A DNA stretch of 64,000 bases, from positions 1-64,000 of the forward strand of contig CAVYQE010000006.1 of NCBI GenBank assembly GCA_963770565.1. Direction: 5' to 3'. Below, in pieces: positions 20,483 through 33,117 of the stretch; within the stretch, counting starts at the first letter, position 1, and each line of letters begins with the position of its first letter. This stretch comes from an uncultured Actinomycetota bacterium. GTDB lineage: Bacteria > Actinomycetota > Actinomycetes > JAFAQI01. The notes beneath the pieces were generated by a model, which did no database searches, was not told the DNA's origin, and worked only from the letters and a program-made list of their open reading frames with translations. Position numbers and translations under genes: made by a program.

Positions 20483-22018
20483 ATGTCGTCGAGGCTGCGC
20501 TGGCTCGCAGTTGCGAGCAGCACCGCACTTCTCGTGGCCGGTCTGGCGAGTGCCGCCGATGCCCGCGGCGGCCCGCAGTTCGCGCTGACGCCGTCCTTCG
20601 GGCAGCTCGGCAGCACGTTGACGCTGAGCGGCACCGATTTCACCGGCGAGACCGCGGCCACGATCAACAGCGTGGCCGCCGACAACTTCCACGTGATCGA
20701 CTCCGGCCAGAAGGCCACCCTCGTGGTGCCGGCCGGAGCGACTTCGGGGCCGGTCGTGGTCACCGGCGCGAAGACCCTCAACGGACCGAGCTTCACGCTT
20801 CAGCAGAAGGCGGCCGGCACCGCATCTCTGTCGACCAGCCGGCTCATCTACACCCACCCGTTGGTCGTGACCGGCACGCTGACCGTCGCCAGTACGGGGC
20901 ACCCGGTGGCCGGCCAGCCTGCGGTGCTTCAGCATCGCGCGACCGGCGGCACGGCCTGGCACCACGCGAAGGGGACCACCACCCAAACGACCGGCCGGCT
21001 CGGCCGGGCGACGTGGAAGGTCACCCCATCGGCGAACGGCTCGTACCGCGTGGTCTTCCTTCGGACGCCCACCTACACCAAGGTCACGACCGGCGCGCAT
21101 TCCTACAAAGTCCAGCCGTTGCTCGGGCTCAAGCGGATCCGTACGGTCCCGGTTCTCTCGCAGTCGCAGATCAGCGGTCGGATCCGCCCGCACATCGACG
21201 GCACGGTCTACCTGCAGCGGTTCGTCAACGGCGGCTGGCACCGGGCCGGTACGTCGTCCGTCGTCGATGGTCGTTACTCGTTCACGATCTCGCCGTCGAC
21301 CTTGGGCCCGCTGAGCTATCGCGTGGTCTGGCGCTACGACGGACTGCACGCCGCCACCAAGACCTCGGCGTTGCATCTGCAGGTGGTCAACCGGGACCTC
21401 TCGCTCGGCGACTCGGGTCCTGACGTCCGCACCCTGCAGAAGCGGCTGCACAAGCTGCACTACTACGTCGGTTCGCGCAGCACCTACTACGGCGACGACA
21501 TCCTGCACGCGGTCACCGCGTTCGAGAAGGTGCAGGGCTTCACGCCCAACGGCGAAGTGACCATGAAGGTCTGGAAGCGGCTGAACCACCCGAAGCGGGT
21601 CCACCTGAAGCACCCGCAGGCCGGCATCTACCAGGTGGAGGTCAACATCGGCAAGCAAGTCCTGCTGATGGCGCACGACGGCAAGATCACCAGCATCCTC
21701 GACACCTCGACAGCCGGCGGCTACCTCTACACGAACTCCGAAGGCGGGCTGTCCCGCGCGATCACGCCGACCGGGCACTTCAGCATCCAGTACAAGCTGA
21801 CCGGCACCCGGGTGTCGAAGCTCGGCACGCTCTACTACCCGTCGTACTTCACCACGACCGGGTACGCGATCCACGGCGAGGGCAACGGCAACGACGGTGG
21901 CGAAGTGCCGCCCTACCCGAACAGTCACGGCTGCGTCCGGATCACCGACGACGCGGTGCTGCACTTCTTCTCCTCGCCGTACCTCGCGGTCGGTACCTCG
22001 GTCTGGATCTACCACTGA
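20483..22018 (+). CDS. Secreted L,D-transpeptidase with Ig-like and peptidoglycan-binding domains
   Basis: Signal peptide; GDSGPDVRTLQKRL...AFEKVQG PG-binding domain; AIHG...SHGCVR YkuD motif. Confidence 0.9.
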   Translation: MSSRLRWLAVASSTALLVAGLASAADARGGPQFALTPSFGQLGSTLTLSGTDFTGETAATINSVAADNFHVIDSGQKATLVVPAGATSGPVVVTGAKTLNGPSFTLQQKAAGTASLSTSRLIYTHPLVVTGTLTVASTGHPVAGQPAVLQHRATGGTAWHHAKGTTTQTTGRLGRATWKVTPSANGSYRVVFLRTPTYTKVTTGAHSYKVQPLLGLKRIRTVPVLSQSQISGRIRPHIDGTVYLQRFVNGGWHRAGTSSVVDGRYSFTISPSTLGPLSYRVVWRYDGLHAATKTSALHLQVVNRDLSLGDSGPDVRTLQKRLHKLHYYVGSRSTYYGDDILHAVTAFEKVQGFTPNGEVTMKVWKRLNHPKRVHLKHPQAGIYQVEVNIGKQVLLMAHDGKITSILDTSTAGGYLYTNSEGGLSRAITPTGHFSIQYKLTGTRVSKLGTLYYPSYFTTTGYAIHGEGNGNDGGEVPPYPNSHGCVRITDDAVLHFFSSPYLAVGTSVWIYH

Positions 22019-22040
22019 CCGGCGGCGGCGCAGGCCGACG

Positions 22041-22448
22041 ATGACGCATCACCACAACCTGCTCGGCGAGCCGCCGGAGACGCTGTTGCCGGACGTCCCG
22101 GCTGCCCGCGAGGCGCTCGAGGCAGGCGAGGACCCGGCCGCGGTCGCGGCCAGGTTCCCGTCGTACCCAGGGGTCTGGGCGGCGCTGGCGGATGCGGCTT
22201 TCGAACGCGGCGAAGTGATCGAGTCCTACGCGTATGCGCGGGTCGGCTACCACCGCGGTCTCGACGCGCTGCGCCGGGCCGGCTGGAAGGGCCATGGGCC
22301 GATCCCGTGGTCGCACCAGCCCAACCAGGGGTTCCTGCGGTCGGTGCACGCGCTCGGCCGTGCCGCCGGTGCGATCGGTGAAGCAGACGAGGCCGAGCGC
22401 TGCCAAGGCTTCCTGCACGAGAGCGACCCGTCCGCGCCGCTCGGCTGA
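22041..22448 (+). CDS. DUF3151 family protein
   Basis: YAYARVGYHRGLDALRRAGWKGHGPIPWSHQPNQGFLR; usual position between fbaA and purA. Confidence 0.9.
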   Translation: MTHHHNLLGEPPETLLPDVPAAREALEAGEDPAAVAARFPSYPGVWAALADAAFERGEVIESYAYARVGYHRGLDALRRAGWKGHGPIPWSHQPNQGFLRSVHALGRAAGAIGEADEAERCQGFLHESDPSAPLG

Positions 22449-22464
22449 GCGGACCGGCGCTGGT

Positions 22465-23328
22465 TCAGCCCTCGATCGCGGCCGCGAGAACCTGCTCGAT
22501 CTGCTGCGGGCTCATCCCGACCGAGTCGGCCAGCAGGAAGTCACCGTCGGGGAAGCTGATCCCGGTCGTGACGTGATCGGGCAGCGCAACCGTTTGTGGC
22601 GACTGCTGGCGGGTGCACTCGCCGAGCCGCAGCGCCTTCTTGAGCTCGCGGCCCTGTGTGGTCGTGAGCCCGCCGGTCCTCAGGTGCGCGGTGTGCCGGG
22701 CCTTCTTCCGGTCGGACCCGCCTGACAACAGCTGCTTGATCGTCTGGGGTGCCCCTTTGACCGACCTGGCGAGGTATGAGCACGCCACGTAGGTGCCGGA
22801 CTCGTCGACGGTGGCGGGCAGACCCGCGATCGTCGTGGTGGTGACCGTCGGCGTGACTGCCGGAATAACTTGCTTCTCGGCGGCTGCGATCGGGCCGCGG
22901 TACATGGTCAGCGAGATCGACAGGGGCGAATCCGCGAGCTTGGCCGACTGGTCCTCGCCGGCCAACGGGCCGTGCGGCTTGAGCCGGCCGGGGTGCAGGA
23001 CCGAGCCGGCTCCGCCGGTCCAGCCAGCTCGGAAGTGCAGCGGGTGGTTCAGCAGCGTGACGGTCGCGCCCGGTCCGGCCGACTGGCTGCCGGTCGGGTT
23101 CGAGACCCCGACGCTGCCGCCAGTGTCGTTGCCGACGGCGGTGGCCGCAAGGATCGACCCGGCCGCGAGCGCCGCGACTCCGATCGGAGCCCCGAGCATC
23201 ATCGTCCGCTGCTGCCGGGCATAGCGGCGCCGTACGTCGACCAGTAGCGCCGGGTCGACGGACAGGTCGGCGAGCGCGGTGCCGAACCGCGCGTGGAAGG
23301 CGTCGCGGATCTGCTCGTCAGTGGTCAT
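22465..23328 (-). CDS. Putative anti-sigma-like single-pass membrane protein
   Basis: Overlaps the ECF sigma stop; short cytoplasmic N-terminus, one TM, extracytoplasmic domain. Confidence 0.65.
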   Translation of the reverse strand: MTTDEQIRDAFHARFGTALADLSVDPALLVDVRRRYARQQRTMMLGAPIGVAALAAGSILAATAVGNDTGGSVGVSNPTGSQSAGPGATVTLLNHPLHFRAGWTGGAGSVLHPGRLKPHGPLAGEDQSAKLADSPLSISLTMYRGPIAAAEKQVIPAVTPTVTTTTIAGLPATVDESGTYVACSYLARSVKGAPQTIKQLLSGGSDRKKARHTAHLRTGGLTTTQGRELKKALRLGECTRQQSPQTVALPDHVTTGISFPDGDFLLADSVGMSPQQIEQVLAAAIEG

Positions 23329-23848
23329 TGCTGGCTCCGATCGCGGTCGGGACTTGGGGCAGGTCGAGGACGTGGCGCAGTCGAGCGAGCGCCTTGCTGG
23401 TGGTGGACTTCACCGTTCCTTCGGAGCAGCCGAGCAGGCTCGCCGTCTCCGCCACCGACAGGTCCTCCCAGAACCGAAGGACGACGGTGGCGCGCTGACG
23501 CTCCGGGAGCGCGCGAAGGGCGCTGAGCAGCTCGCCACGGGTCTCGATCGTGGACTCGGCCGCGGGCTGAGCGGTGGAGAGTCTCTCGAGCTCGGGCGCC
23601 GGTGACTCCGGGTGCCGCCGCCGACGCCGGGCATGGTCGTGCGCGAGGTTGACCAGGACCCGCCGGGTGTAGGCGTCGGGGTTGTCCAGGGCGCGTGACC
23701 AGTGCCGGGCGACCCGGAGGAACGCGGTTTGGAGCAGGTCTTCGGCCTCGTCCCGGTCGCCGAGCAGGAGGACGGCGGTTCGCAGCAGCGCACCGGAGCG
23801 GGCCGTGACGAACTCATCGAAGTCCGTGCCTAACCGGCCCACAACCAC
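23318..23848 (-). CDS. SigE-family ECF RNA polymerase sigma factor
   Basis: [16 protein letters not shown]...AEDLLQ...[23 protein letters not shown]...GTVKS. Confidence 0.93.
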   Translation of the reverse strand: MVVGRLGTDFDEFVTARSGALLRTAVLLLGDRDEAEDLLQTAFLRVARHWSRALDNPDAYTRRVLVNLAHDHARRRRRHPESPAPELERLSTAQPAAESTIETRGELLSALRALPERQRATVVLRFWEDLSVAETASLLGCSEGTVKSTTSKALARLRHVLDLPQVPTAIGASNDH

Positions 23849-24001
23849 ACTGTCTCAACGCCGTCCAGCGCGCTGAGGTTGCCTGGCACCCGGGTGGAGA
23901 CGGTAGCCTCTGATCGCAAGAGGCTCCGGTCGCTTGCGACCGGGGCCCGTTGTGTGTCCGGCCTTTGGTCAGCGTCTCGGGCGTTGGAGAGGACGACGCA
24001 G

Positions 24002-25285
24002 ATGCCGGCGATCGCGTTGCTCGGCGCCCAGTGGGGCGATGAGGGCAAGGGCAAGGCCACCGACCTGCTCGGCGAGCAGGTCGACTACGTCGTGAAGTTC
24101 AACGGCGGCAACAACGCCGGCCACACCATCGTGGTGGGCGAGGAGAAGTACGCCCTCCACCTGCTGCCGGCCGGCATCCTCACCCCCGGCGTGACGCCTG
24201 TGATCGGCAACGGCGTTGTGGTCGACCTCGGCGTGCTCTTCAGCGAGATCGACGCGATCACGGCCCGCGGGGTTGACTGCTCGCGGCTGGTGGTGTCCGC
24301 CAACGCGCACATCATCACGCCGTACCACGTGTTGATGGACAAGGTCGGCGAGCGCTTCCTCGGCAAGGCCAAGATCGGCACCACCGGGCGGGGGATCGGC
24401 CCGGCGTACGCCGACAAGATGTCGCGACTCGGCGTGCGGGTGCAGGACCTGTTCGACGAGAAGATCCTGCGGCAGAAGGTCGAGGGCGCGCTCGAGCTGA
24501 AGAACCAGATCCTGGTGAAGGTCTACAACCGCAAGGCGGTCGGCATCGACGAGGTGGTGGCCGAGCTGCTGGGGTACGCCGACCGGCTGCGGCCGATGGT
24601 CGCGGACACCTCGCTGCTGCTGGCGCAGGCGCTCGACGCGGGCAAGGTGGTGTTGCTCGAAGCCGGGCAGGCCACGATGCTCGACGTCGATCACGGCACG
24701 TATCCGTTCGTGACGTCGTCGAACGCGACCGCCGGTGGCGCGAGCACCGGATCCGGGATCGCGCCGACCCGGATCGACCGGGTGGTCGCGGTGGTGAAGG
24801 CCTACACGACCCGGGTCGGCGAGGGGCCGATGCCGACCGAGCTGCTCGGTCCCGAGGGCGAGCGGTTGCGATCGGTGGGTGCGGAGTTCGGCGTGACCAC
24901 TGGACGGCCGCGACGCTGCGGCTGGTACGACGCCGTTGTCGCGCGCTACGCCGCGCGCGTCAACGGAGTCACCGACTTCGTGCTGACCAAGCTCGACGTC
25001 TTGACCGGCCTCGAGCAGATCCCGGTGTGCGTCGGCTACGACGTCGGCGGCACTCGGCATGACGAGATGCCGATGACCCAGACCGAGTTCCATCACGCCG
25101 TACCGATCTATGAGCACTTCGACGGCTGGCACGAGGACATCAGCGGCGCGCGGTCACTGGGCGACCTGCCGAAGGCGGCGCAGGCCTACGTCGAGGCGCT
25201 CGAGGACCTGAGCGGCGCGCCGATCTCGGTGGTCGGCGTCGGCGCGGATCGCGAGCAGACCGTCGCGATCCGGCCCCTGGTCTGA
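24002..25285 (+). CDS. purA: Adenylosuccinate synthetase
   Basis: [31 protein letters not shown]; ATG 24002 after GAGAGGA. Confidence 0.98.
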   Translation: MPAIALLGAQWGDEGKGKATDLLGEQVDYVVKFNGGNNAGHTIVVGEEKYALHLLPAGILTPGVTPVIGNGVVVDLGVLFSEIDAITARGVDCSRLVVSANAHIITPYHVLMDKVGERFLGKAKIGTTGRGIGPAYADKMSRLGVRVQDLFDEKILRQKVEGALELKNQILVKVYNRKAVGIDEVVAELLGYADRLRPMVADTSLLLAQALDAGKVVLLEAGQATMLDVDHGTYPFVTSSNATAGGASTGSGIAPTRIDRVVAVVKAYTTRVGEGPMPTELLGPEGERLRSVGAEFGVTTGRPRRCGWYDAVVARYAARVNGVTDFVLTKLDVLTGLEQIPVCVGYDVGGTRHDEMPMTQTEFHHAVPIYEHFDGWHEDISGARSLGDLPKAAQAYVEALEDLSGAPISVVGVGADREQTVAIRPLV

Positions 25286-25301
25286 GGGCGCGGGCAGCGG
25301 C

Positions 25302-26542
25302 ATGAACGTGCTGGTGATCGGAGCCGGCGGGCGAGAGCACGCGCTGTGCCTGGCGCTGTCCCGCGATCCGTCGGTCACGGCGCTGTTCTGCAGTCCCGGC
25401 AACCCCGGCACTGCGCAGGTCGCGACCAACCTGCCGATGACTACGGCGGTCGAGGCAGCGACGACCGCGGCAGCTGACCTGGTCGTCGTCGGGCCGGAGG
25501 TCCCGCTCGTCGCGGGGGTCGCCGACATGTTGCGGGCGGCCGGGTTTGCAGTCTTCGGGCCGAGCGCGGCCTCGGCCCGGCTCGAGGGCAGCAAGGAGTT
25601 CGCGAAGGAGGTCATGGCAGCTGCCGGCGTGCCGACCGCCGGGCACTGGGTGGCGAGCACGCCGGCCGAGGTGGCCGCCGTGCTCGAGCGGCTCGATCCG
25701 CCGTACGTCGTCAAGCACGACGAGCTCGCCGCCGGCAAGGGGGTGGTCGTCACCGCCGATCGAGCCGAGGCCGAGCGGCACGCGGTCGGGCATCGGGTGG
25801 TGATCGAGGAGTATCTGGACGGCCCCGAGGTCTCGCTCTTCTGCGTGACCGACGGCGTGGTCGTCGTGCCGTTGCTGCCGGCCCAGGACTTCAAGCGGGT
25901 CGGCGACGGCGACGCCGGCCCCAACACCGGCGGCATGGGTGCCTACGCGCCGTTGCCGTGGGCTCCGGCCGGGCTGACCGCCGAGGTGGTCGAGCGGGTG
26001 GTGCGCCCGACCCTGGCCGAGCTGGCTCGCCGCGGGACCCCGTTCTCCGGCCTGCTGTACGTCGGTCTCGCGCTGACCTCGCGCGGGCTCAAGGTGGTGG
26101 AGTTCAACGTGCGGTTCGGCGATCCCGAGACGCAAGCCGTGCTCGCGCTGCTCGAGACTCCGCTCGGCGGATTGCTGCACGCGGCCGCGACCGGGTCGCT
26201 GGCCGCGCACCCGCCGTTGCGATGGCGGGACGCCGCGGCGGTCACGGTCGTCATGGCCGCGGCGGACTACCCTGCCGCCCCGCGCACCGGCGATCCGATC
26301 AAGGGAATTGAGGCGGCCGAGGCGATCGACGGGGTCGACGTCCTGCACGCCGGCACCGCGGAGGTCGACGGGCAGCTGGTCACGAGCGGCGGTCGGGTGC
26401 TGTCGGTGACGTCAGTGGGCATAGACCTGACGGCTGCGAGACAATCGGCGTACGCCGCAGTGGAGCAGATCCAATTCGACGGCGCGCACTACCGAAGCGA
26501 TATCGCGGCGAAGGCCGCGGCTGACGAGCAGACAGGGAATCG

Positions 26543-26546
<4 letters not shown>
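25302..26546 (+). CDS. purD: Phosphoribosylamine-glycine ligase
   Basis: [31 protein letters not shown]. Confidence 0.98.
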
Positions 26547-27846
<1,300 letters not shown>

Positions 27847-27850
<4 letters not shown>

Positions 27851-28752
27851 CCGTCGATCCACTGGCCGGACTGGCCGAGTTCCGGGTCCACTCCGGCAAG
27901 GTGCGCGAGTTGTATCGCGCCGGCGAGGACATGCTGCTGATGGTGGCGAGCGACCGGATCTCGGCGTTCGACTACATCCTGCCGACCGATATCCCGGACA
28001 AGGGCGCGGTGCTGAACCGCATGTCCTTGTGGTGGTTCGAGCAGCTCGCCGACATCGTTCCCAACCATGTCGTGACGGCTCGGGTGGAGGACTACCCGGC
28101 GGTCTTCGCGCCGTACGCCGATGCGCTGCGCGGGCGGTCGGCCCTGTGCCGGCGGCTGGAGATGGTCGGGGTCGAGTGTGTGGCCCGCGGCTACCTCGCG
28201 GGCAGCGGCGTGCTCGACTACGACGCGACCGGCTCGGTGTGCGGGATCGAGTTGCCGGTCGGGTTGCAAGACGGCTCGCAGCTTCCGGAGCCGATCTTCA
28301 CGCCGACCACAAAGGCGCCGCTCGGTGAGCACGACGCCGCGATGACCTACGACGATGTGGTGGCTGAGGTCGGCGCCGAGGCCGCTGCGGAGCTCCGCGA
28401 CGTGACACTCGCGGTCTACTCCCGCGGCCGCGACCTCGCCGCGAAGGCCGGGATCATCCTGGCCGATACCAAGATCGAGCTGGGGCGGGACCGTGACGGC
28501 CGGTTGGTGCTCGCCGACGAAGTGCTGACCCCGGATTCGTCGCGGTTCTGGCCGGCGATCACCTGGGCGCCCGGTGGGCCGCAGCTGTCCTACGACAAGC
28601 AGTACGTCCGGGACTGGCTGGCGCACGAGTCCGGCTGGGACCGGGCCGGCGAACCGCCGCCCCTGCCGGACGACGTCGTGGCCAGCACCCGGGCGAAATA
28701 CATCGAGGCCTACGAACGCCTCACCGGCAAGCGCTTCTCCCCATCCCCCTGA
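27847..28752 (+). CDS. purC: SAICAR synthetase
   Basis: SGKVRELY, SDRISAFD, DEVLTPDSSRFW, DKQYVRDWL. Confidence 0.98.
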
Positions 28753-28753
28753 G

Positions 28754-28803
28754 CCAAGCAACGTGACATCGCCCAGCACTCAGCCACGCGAGTGTCACGC
28801 CGC
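28754..28803. repeat. Family B repeat, left part (degenerate)
   Basis: CCAA-GCAACGTGACATCGC (28758-28772) and a second TGTCAC-centred unit 31 bp later. Confidence 0.65.
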
Positions 28804-28949
28804 GCCGGGCGCCACGGAACAGAAGCATCACCTACTGCTCGGGGTTTGCGAGCACACGAAGCATCGCTGCGTACGCCCATCGCGATGTCGTCCCGTTGAG
28901 TAGCGGCGAGCCCAGTTATCCTGCGGCACGCCAGGAGGAGTGGAGTGGC

Positions 28950-29549
28950 ATGGCTGACCCTGACCGCCGAGCCACGCTGTTCGCTTCGTACGAGAACGCC
29001 GCAGCGATCATCTCGGCTATAGGCCACGAGCAACTCGACCACCCGACGCCATGCCCCAAGTACGACGTGGCCGCACTAATCGACCACCTTGTCGAAGCGG
29101 GTAACCGGGCGGCCGCTCTCGGCCGGGGACAGACACCTCCGCCGGGAGACAAGTCCCCGCACGTCGAGGTGTCCGACGCGCCCTCACAGTTACGTCGCGC
29201 CGCTAAGGAGGCGGCAGCGGCATGGGACGGCGAGTCGGCCTTGTCGTCGACGTTCACGATGCCGTGGGGCGAGGAGTACACCGGGGCCACCCTGGTGGAT
29301 ATGTACCTGGCGGAGCTGGTCACACACGCATGGGACCTGGCCCAAGCCACAGGACAGCTCGAAAGGTTGAACCCCTCGCTCGCACTGCCAGCACTCGACG
29401 GAGCGCGGGCCATGATCAAACCTCGGTACCGCGACATGGTCGGACCAGGGGCCCCTTTCGCGGCAGAGGTACCGCCACCTCCCGGCGCCGACAACTGGGA
29501 GCGTCTCGCCGCCTTCATGGGGCGCGACCCACGGGCACCGCTCGGCTAA
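28950..29549 (+). CDS. TIGR03086-family (MDMPI-like) metal-binding protein
   Basis: PTPCPKYDVAALIDHL, ELVTHAWDLAQATG, ERLAAFMGR; lies between purC and purS. Confidence 0.88.
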   Translation: MADPDRRATLFASYENAAAIISAIGHEQLDHPTPCPKYDVAALIDHLVEAGNRAAALGRGQTPPPGDKSPHVEVSDAPSQLRRAAKEAAAAWDGESALSSTFTMPWGEEYTGATLVDMYLAELVTHAWDLAQATGQLERLNPSLALPALDGARAMIKPRYRDMVGPGAPFAAEVPPPPGADNWERLAAFMGRDPRAPLG

Positions 29550-29787
29550 GTAGTCGCCGGCTCAATGCGCGCGAGCGAAGCCTCTACGACTGACTCGCGG
29601 ACGCAGCCCGTGTTCTGCCAGTTGACCACGTTCTAGCCAGGCCAGACGGCCATGGCGGGATAGGGGTCCTCTATGACCCTCAAGTCGCCATGATCTTGCT
29701 CCCGCAGCCGCCGGACAGTAGCCGGTTAAGTTCGAATCGCCCTCTGCCGGAGTGATGGCCGTATTGGCGGAGCGCGGGGTTCGTGGG

Positions 29788-29839
29788 GTGATGTCACGTC
29801 ACGCCCACAAAATGCCCAAGCGATGTGACATTGCTTGGG
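29788..29839. repeat. Family B repeat, right part
   Basis: GTGATGTCACGTCAC (29788-29802) and GCGATGTGACATTGC-TTGG (29820-29838). Confidence 0.75.
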
Positions 29840-29856
29840 ATCGGTAGGGTCGGGGG

Positions 29857-30096
29857 GTGACCCGAGTCGTTGTCGATGTGATGCCGAAGCCGGAAATCCT
29901 TGACCCGCAAGGCCAGGCGATCGCCCGCGCGCTGCCCGACCTCGGCTTCGACAACGTGCGCTCGGTCCGCCAGGGCAAGCGGTTCGAGATCGAGGTGAGC
30001 GAAGGCGGCGACGCACTCGACGTCGCACGTCGGGCCGCCGAGGCGATGCTCGCCAACCCGGTGATCGAGGACTTCTCGGTCCACCTCGCCGACTAG
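29857..30096 (+). CDS. purS: FGAM synthase subunit PurS
   Basis: [29 protein letters not shown]. Confidence 0.97.
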   Translation: MTRVVVDVMPKPEILDPQGQAIARALPDLGFDNVRSVRQGKRFEIEVSEGGDALDVARRAAEAMLANPVIEDFSVHLAD

Positions 30097-30176
30097 AGCG
30101 GCGCGAACCGGTCCGGTCTGCCTGGGCGGCGCGGCTCGCCGCCGAAGCCGTCACTGCCCGCCGGTATCCTCGGGAT

Positions 30177-30860
30177 GTGACGGCCGCAATCACCATCGGT
30201 GTCGTGACGTTCCCAGGCTCGCTCGATGACCATGATGCCGCGCGCGCCGTCCGAGCCGCCGGCCTCGAGGCAGTGCCGCTCTGGCACGGCGATGCCGACC
30301 TGCGCGGAGTCGACGCGGTCGTCCTTCCCGGCGGCTTCTCCTACGGCGACTACCTGCGTGGCGGCGCGATCGCGCGGTTCTCGCCGGTGGTCGGCGAGAT
30401 CGTCGCCGCGGCCCGCGTCGGCCTGCCGGTGCTCGGCATCTGCAACGGCTTCCAGGTGCTTTGTGAGGCGCACCTGCTTCCCGGCGCGCTGGTGCGCAAT
30501 GCCGGGCTGCGCTTCGTGTGTCGCGACCAGGTGCTGACCGTCGAGCACAACGACACGCGCTGGACCGGCGACTACGCGCGCGGTGAGCAGATCGTCATAC
30601 CGGTCAAGCACGGTGAAGGCCGGTACGTCGCCGACCCGGCAACGCTCGACGAGCTCGAGCAGACCGGGCGCGTGGTCTTCCGCTACTTCGGTGGCAACCC
30701 GAACGGTGCGCTCAACGACATCGCCGGGATCGCCAACGACGCGGGCAACGTGGTCGGGCTGATGCCGCATCCGGAGCACGCCATCGACGAGCTGACCGGA
30801 CCGAGTGCCGACGGTCTGCGGATGTTCACCTCGGTGCTGCAGGCGCTGATCGCGGCATGA
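30177..30860 (+). CDS. purQ: FGAM synthase glutaminase subunit PurQ
   Basis: [23 protein letters not shown]. Confidence 0.98.
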   Translation: MTAAITIGVVTFPGSLDDHDAARAVRAAGLEAVPLWHGDADLRGVDAVVLPGGFSYGDYLRGGAIARFSPVVGEIVAAARVGLPVLGICNGFQVLCEAHLLPGALVRNAGLRFVCRDQVLTVEHNDTRWTGDYARGEQIVIPVKHGEGRYVADPATLDELEQTGRVVFRYFGGNPNGALNDIAGIANDAGNVVGLMPHPEHAIDELTGPSADGLRMFTSVLQALIAA

Positions 30861-33101
30861 GCGACGTCGACACCGTCGCGCACGCTGCCAGCACACCGGA
30901 CGTTCCTCAACCGTTCGCCGAGCTCGGGCTGAAAGCCGATGAGTACGAACGGATTCGAGCCATCCTCGATCGCCGCCCGACCGCCACCGAGCTCGCGATG
31001 TACAGCGTCATGTGGAGCGAGCACTGCTCCTACAAGTCGAGCAAGGTGCACCTGCGCCAGTTCGCGGAGGACCCGCCGGCGAGCGACGCGATGCTGGTCG
31101 GCATCGGCGAGAACGCCGGCGTGGTCGATGTCGGCGACGGCCTCGCGGTTACGTTCAAGGTGGAGAGCCACAACCATCCGTCGCTACGTCGAGCCCTACC
31201 AGGGCGCTGCGACCGGGGTCGGCGGGATCGTCCGCGACATCCTGACCATGGGTGCGCGGCCGATCGCGGTGATGGACTCGCTGCGGTTCGGCGCCGCCAC
31301 CGCGCCGGACACCAAGCGGCTCGTGCAGGGGATCGTGGCCGGCGTCGGCGGCTACGGCAACTGCCTAGGCCTGCCCAACATCGGCGGCGAGGTCGGATTC
31401 GACCCGACGTACGCCGGCAACCCGCTCGTCAACGCGCTGTGTGTCGGAGTGCTGCCGCACGACCGCTTGCAACTGGCCAAGGCGACCGGGGTCGGCAACC
31501 AGGTCGTGTTGCTCGGCGCCAAGACCGGCCGCGACGGCATCGGTGGCGTGTCGGTCCTGGCGAGCGCGACCTTCGACGAGACGTCGTCGGCGAAGCGGCC
31601 GAGCGTGCAGGTCGGCGACCCCTTCACCGAGAAGATTCTGATCGAGTGCTGTCTCGAGCTCTTCGACGACAACCTGGTCAGCGGGATCCAGGACCTCGGC
31701 GGGGCCGGTCTGTCGTGCGCAACCAGCGAGACCGCCGGTCACGGCGACGGCGGGATGCGGATCGAGCTGGATCGGGTGCCGCTGCGCGAGGCCTCGATGT
31801 CGCCGCTCGAGGTGCTGACCAGCGAGTCGCAGGAACGGATGCTGGCGATCGTCGAACCGCGGCACGTCGAGGCGGTTCTGGCCCGCTGCGCGAAGTGGGG
31901 CGTGATCGCAACCGTCATCGGCGAGGTGGTCGAGGGCGACCGGCTGACGGTCACCTGGCACGGCGAGGTCGTCGTCGACGTACCGCCTGGATCGCTCGCC
32001 GACGACGGTCCGGTCTACCACCGGCCGGTCGCGCGACCGGATGCCGACCAGGACACGGTGGTGGCCGCGAACTCGTCGAGCCTGCCGCGACCGTCGACCC
32101 CGGCGGAGCTGCGCGAGACGGTGCTGCGGATGGTCGCCTCGCCCGAGCTGTGCTCGCGCCGATGGGTCACCGAGCAGTACGACCGCTACGTGCTCGGCGG
32201 CACCGTGCTCGCGATGCCGAACGACGCCGGCGTGGTCCGGCTCGGTGACGAGACGGCGCGTGGCATCGCGCTCGCCCTTGACGGCAACGGCCGGTTCGCC
32301 AAGCTCGACCCGTACGCCGGCGCGCAGCTCGCGCTGTCGGAGGCGTATCGCAACGTCGCGTGCACCGGCGCGACGCCGCTCGCGGTCACCGACTGCCTGA
32401 ACTTCGGCTCGCCGGAGGATCCCGCGGTGATGTGGCAGTTCGCGGAGGCCACCCGCGGCCTTGCGGAAGGCTGCCGTGCCCTGGGTACGCCGGTCACCGG
32501 CGGCAACGTCAGCTTCTACAACCAGACCGGCGCGACCGCGATCAACCCGACGCCGGTCATCGGCGTACTCGGGGTCATCGAGGACGTCGCGAGGCGGATC
32601 CCGTCCAGCTTCGTTGCGGCCGGCCAGCACATCGTGCTGCTGGGTGAGACCGCCGATGAGCTCGACGGGTCGGCGTGGGCGTGGGTCGAGCACGGCCATC
32701 TCGGCGGCCGGCCGCCGGCGGTGCGGCTCGCGGCCGAGCAAGCACTTGCCGACCTGCTGGCCCATACCGCCTCCCATCACCTGCTCAGCACCGCCCACGA
32801 CCTGTCCGAGGGCGGACTCGCGCAGGCCCTGGTCGAGGCCGCACTGCACGACGGGATCGGCGCGACCGTCTCGGTCGCCGGCGACCTTTTCACCGCGTTG
32901 TTCAGTGAGTCGGCGGCGCGCGCGATCGTGACGACCGACGACCCCGAGGCGATCCTCGAGCTGGCCGTCGATCTCGGCGTGCCGGTCATCCAGATCGGCA
33001 TCACCGGCGGCGACGCCCTGGTCGTCACCGATGCGTTCGAGATCTCGTTGTCGGAGCTGCGGTCGGCCTTCGAGGGCACGTTGCCGGCGCTGTTCGGCTA
33101 G
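30857..33101 (+). CDS. purL: FGAM synthase subunit PurL, with one extra base at ~31184
   Basis: [10 protein letters not shown]...ESHNHPS in one frame, [14 protein letters not shown] onward in another; TCG-c-TAC at 31181-31187. Confidence 0.95.
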
Positions 33102-33117
33102 ACCGATGGCTGGCTAG

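Noticed and set aside
30097-30176. ZMP/ZTP riboswitch between purS and purQ (GCCTGGGC present)
   Set aside because: The 5' GACTGGCG-type half is not seen and purQ appears leaderless, leaving no room for a leader.
31181-31190. Programmed frameshift in purL
   Set aside because: No slippery sequence or known precedent; similar single-base slips occur in unrelated genes.
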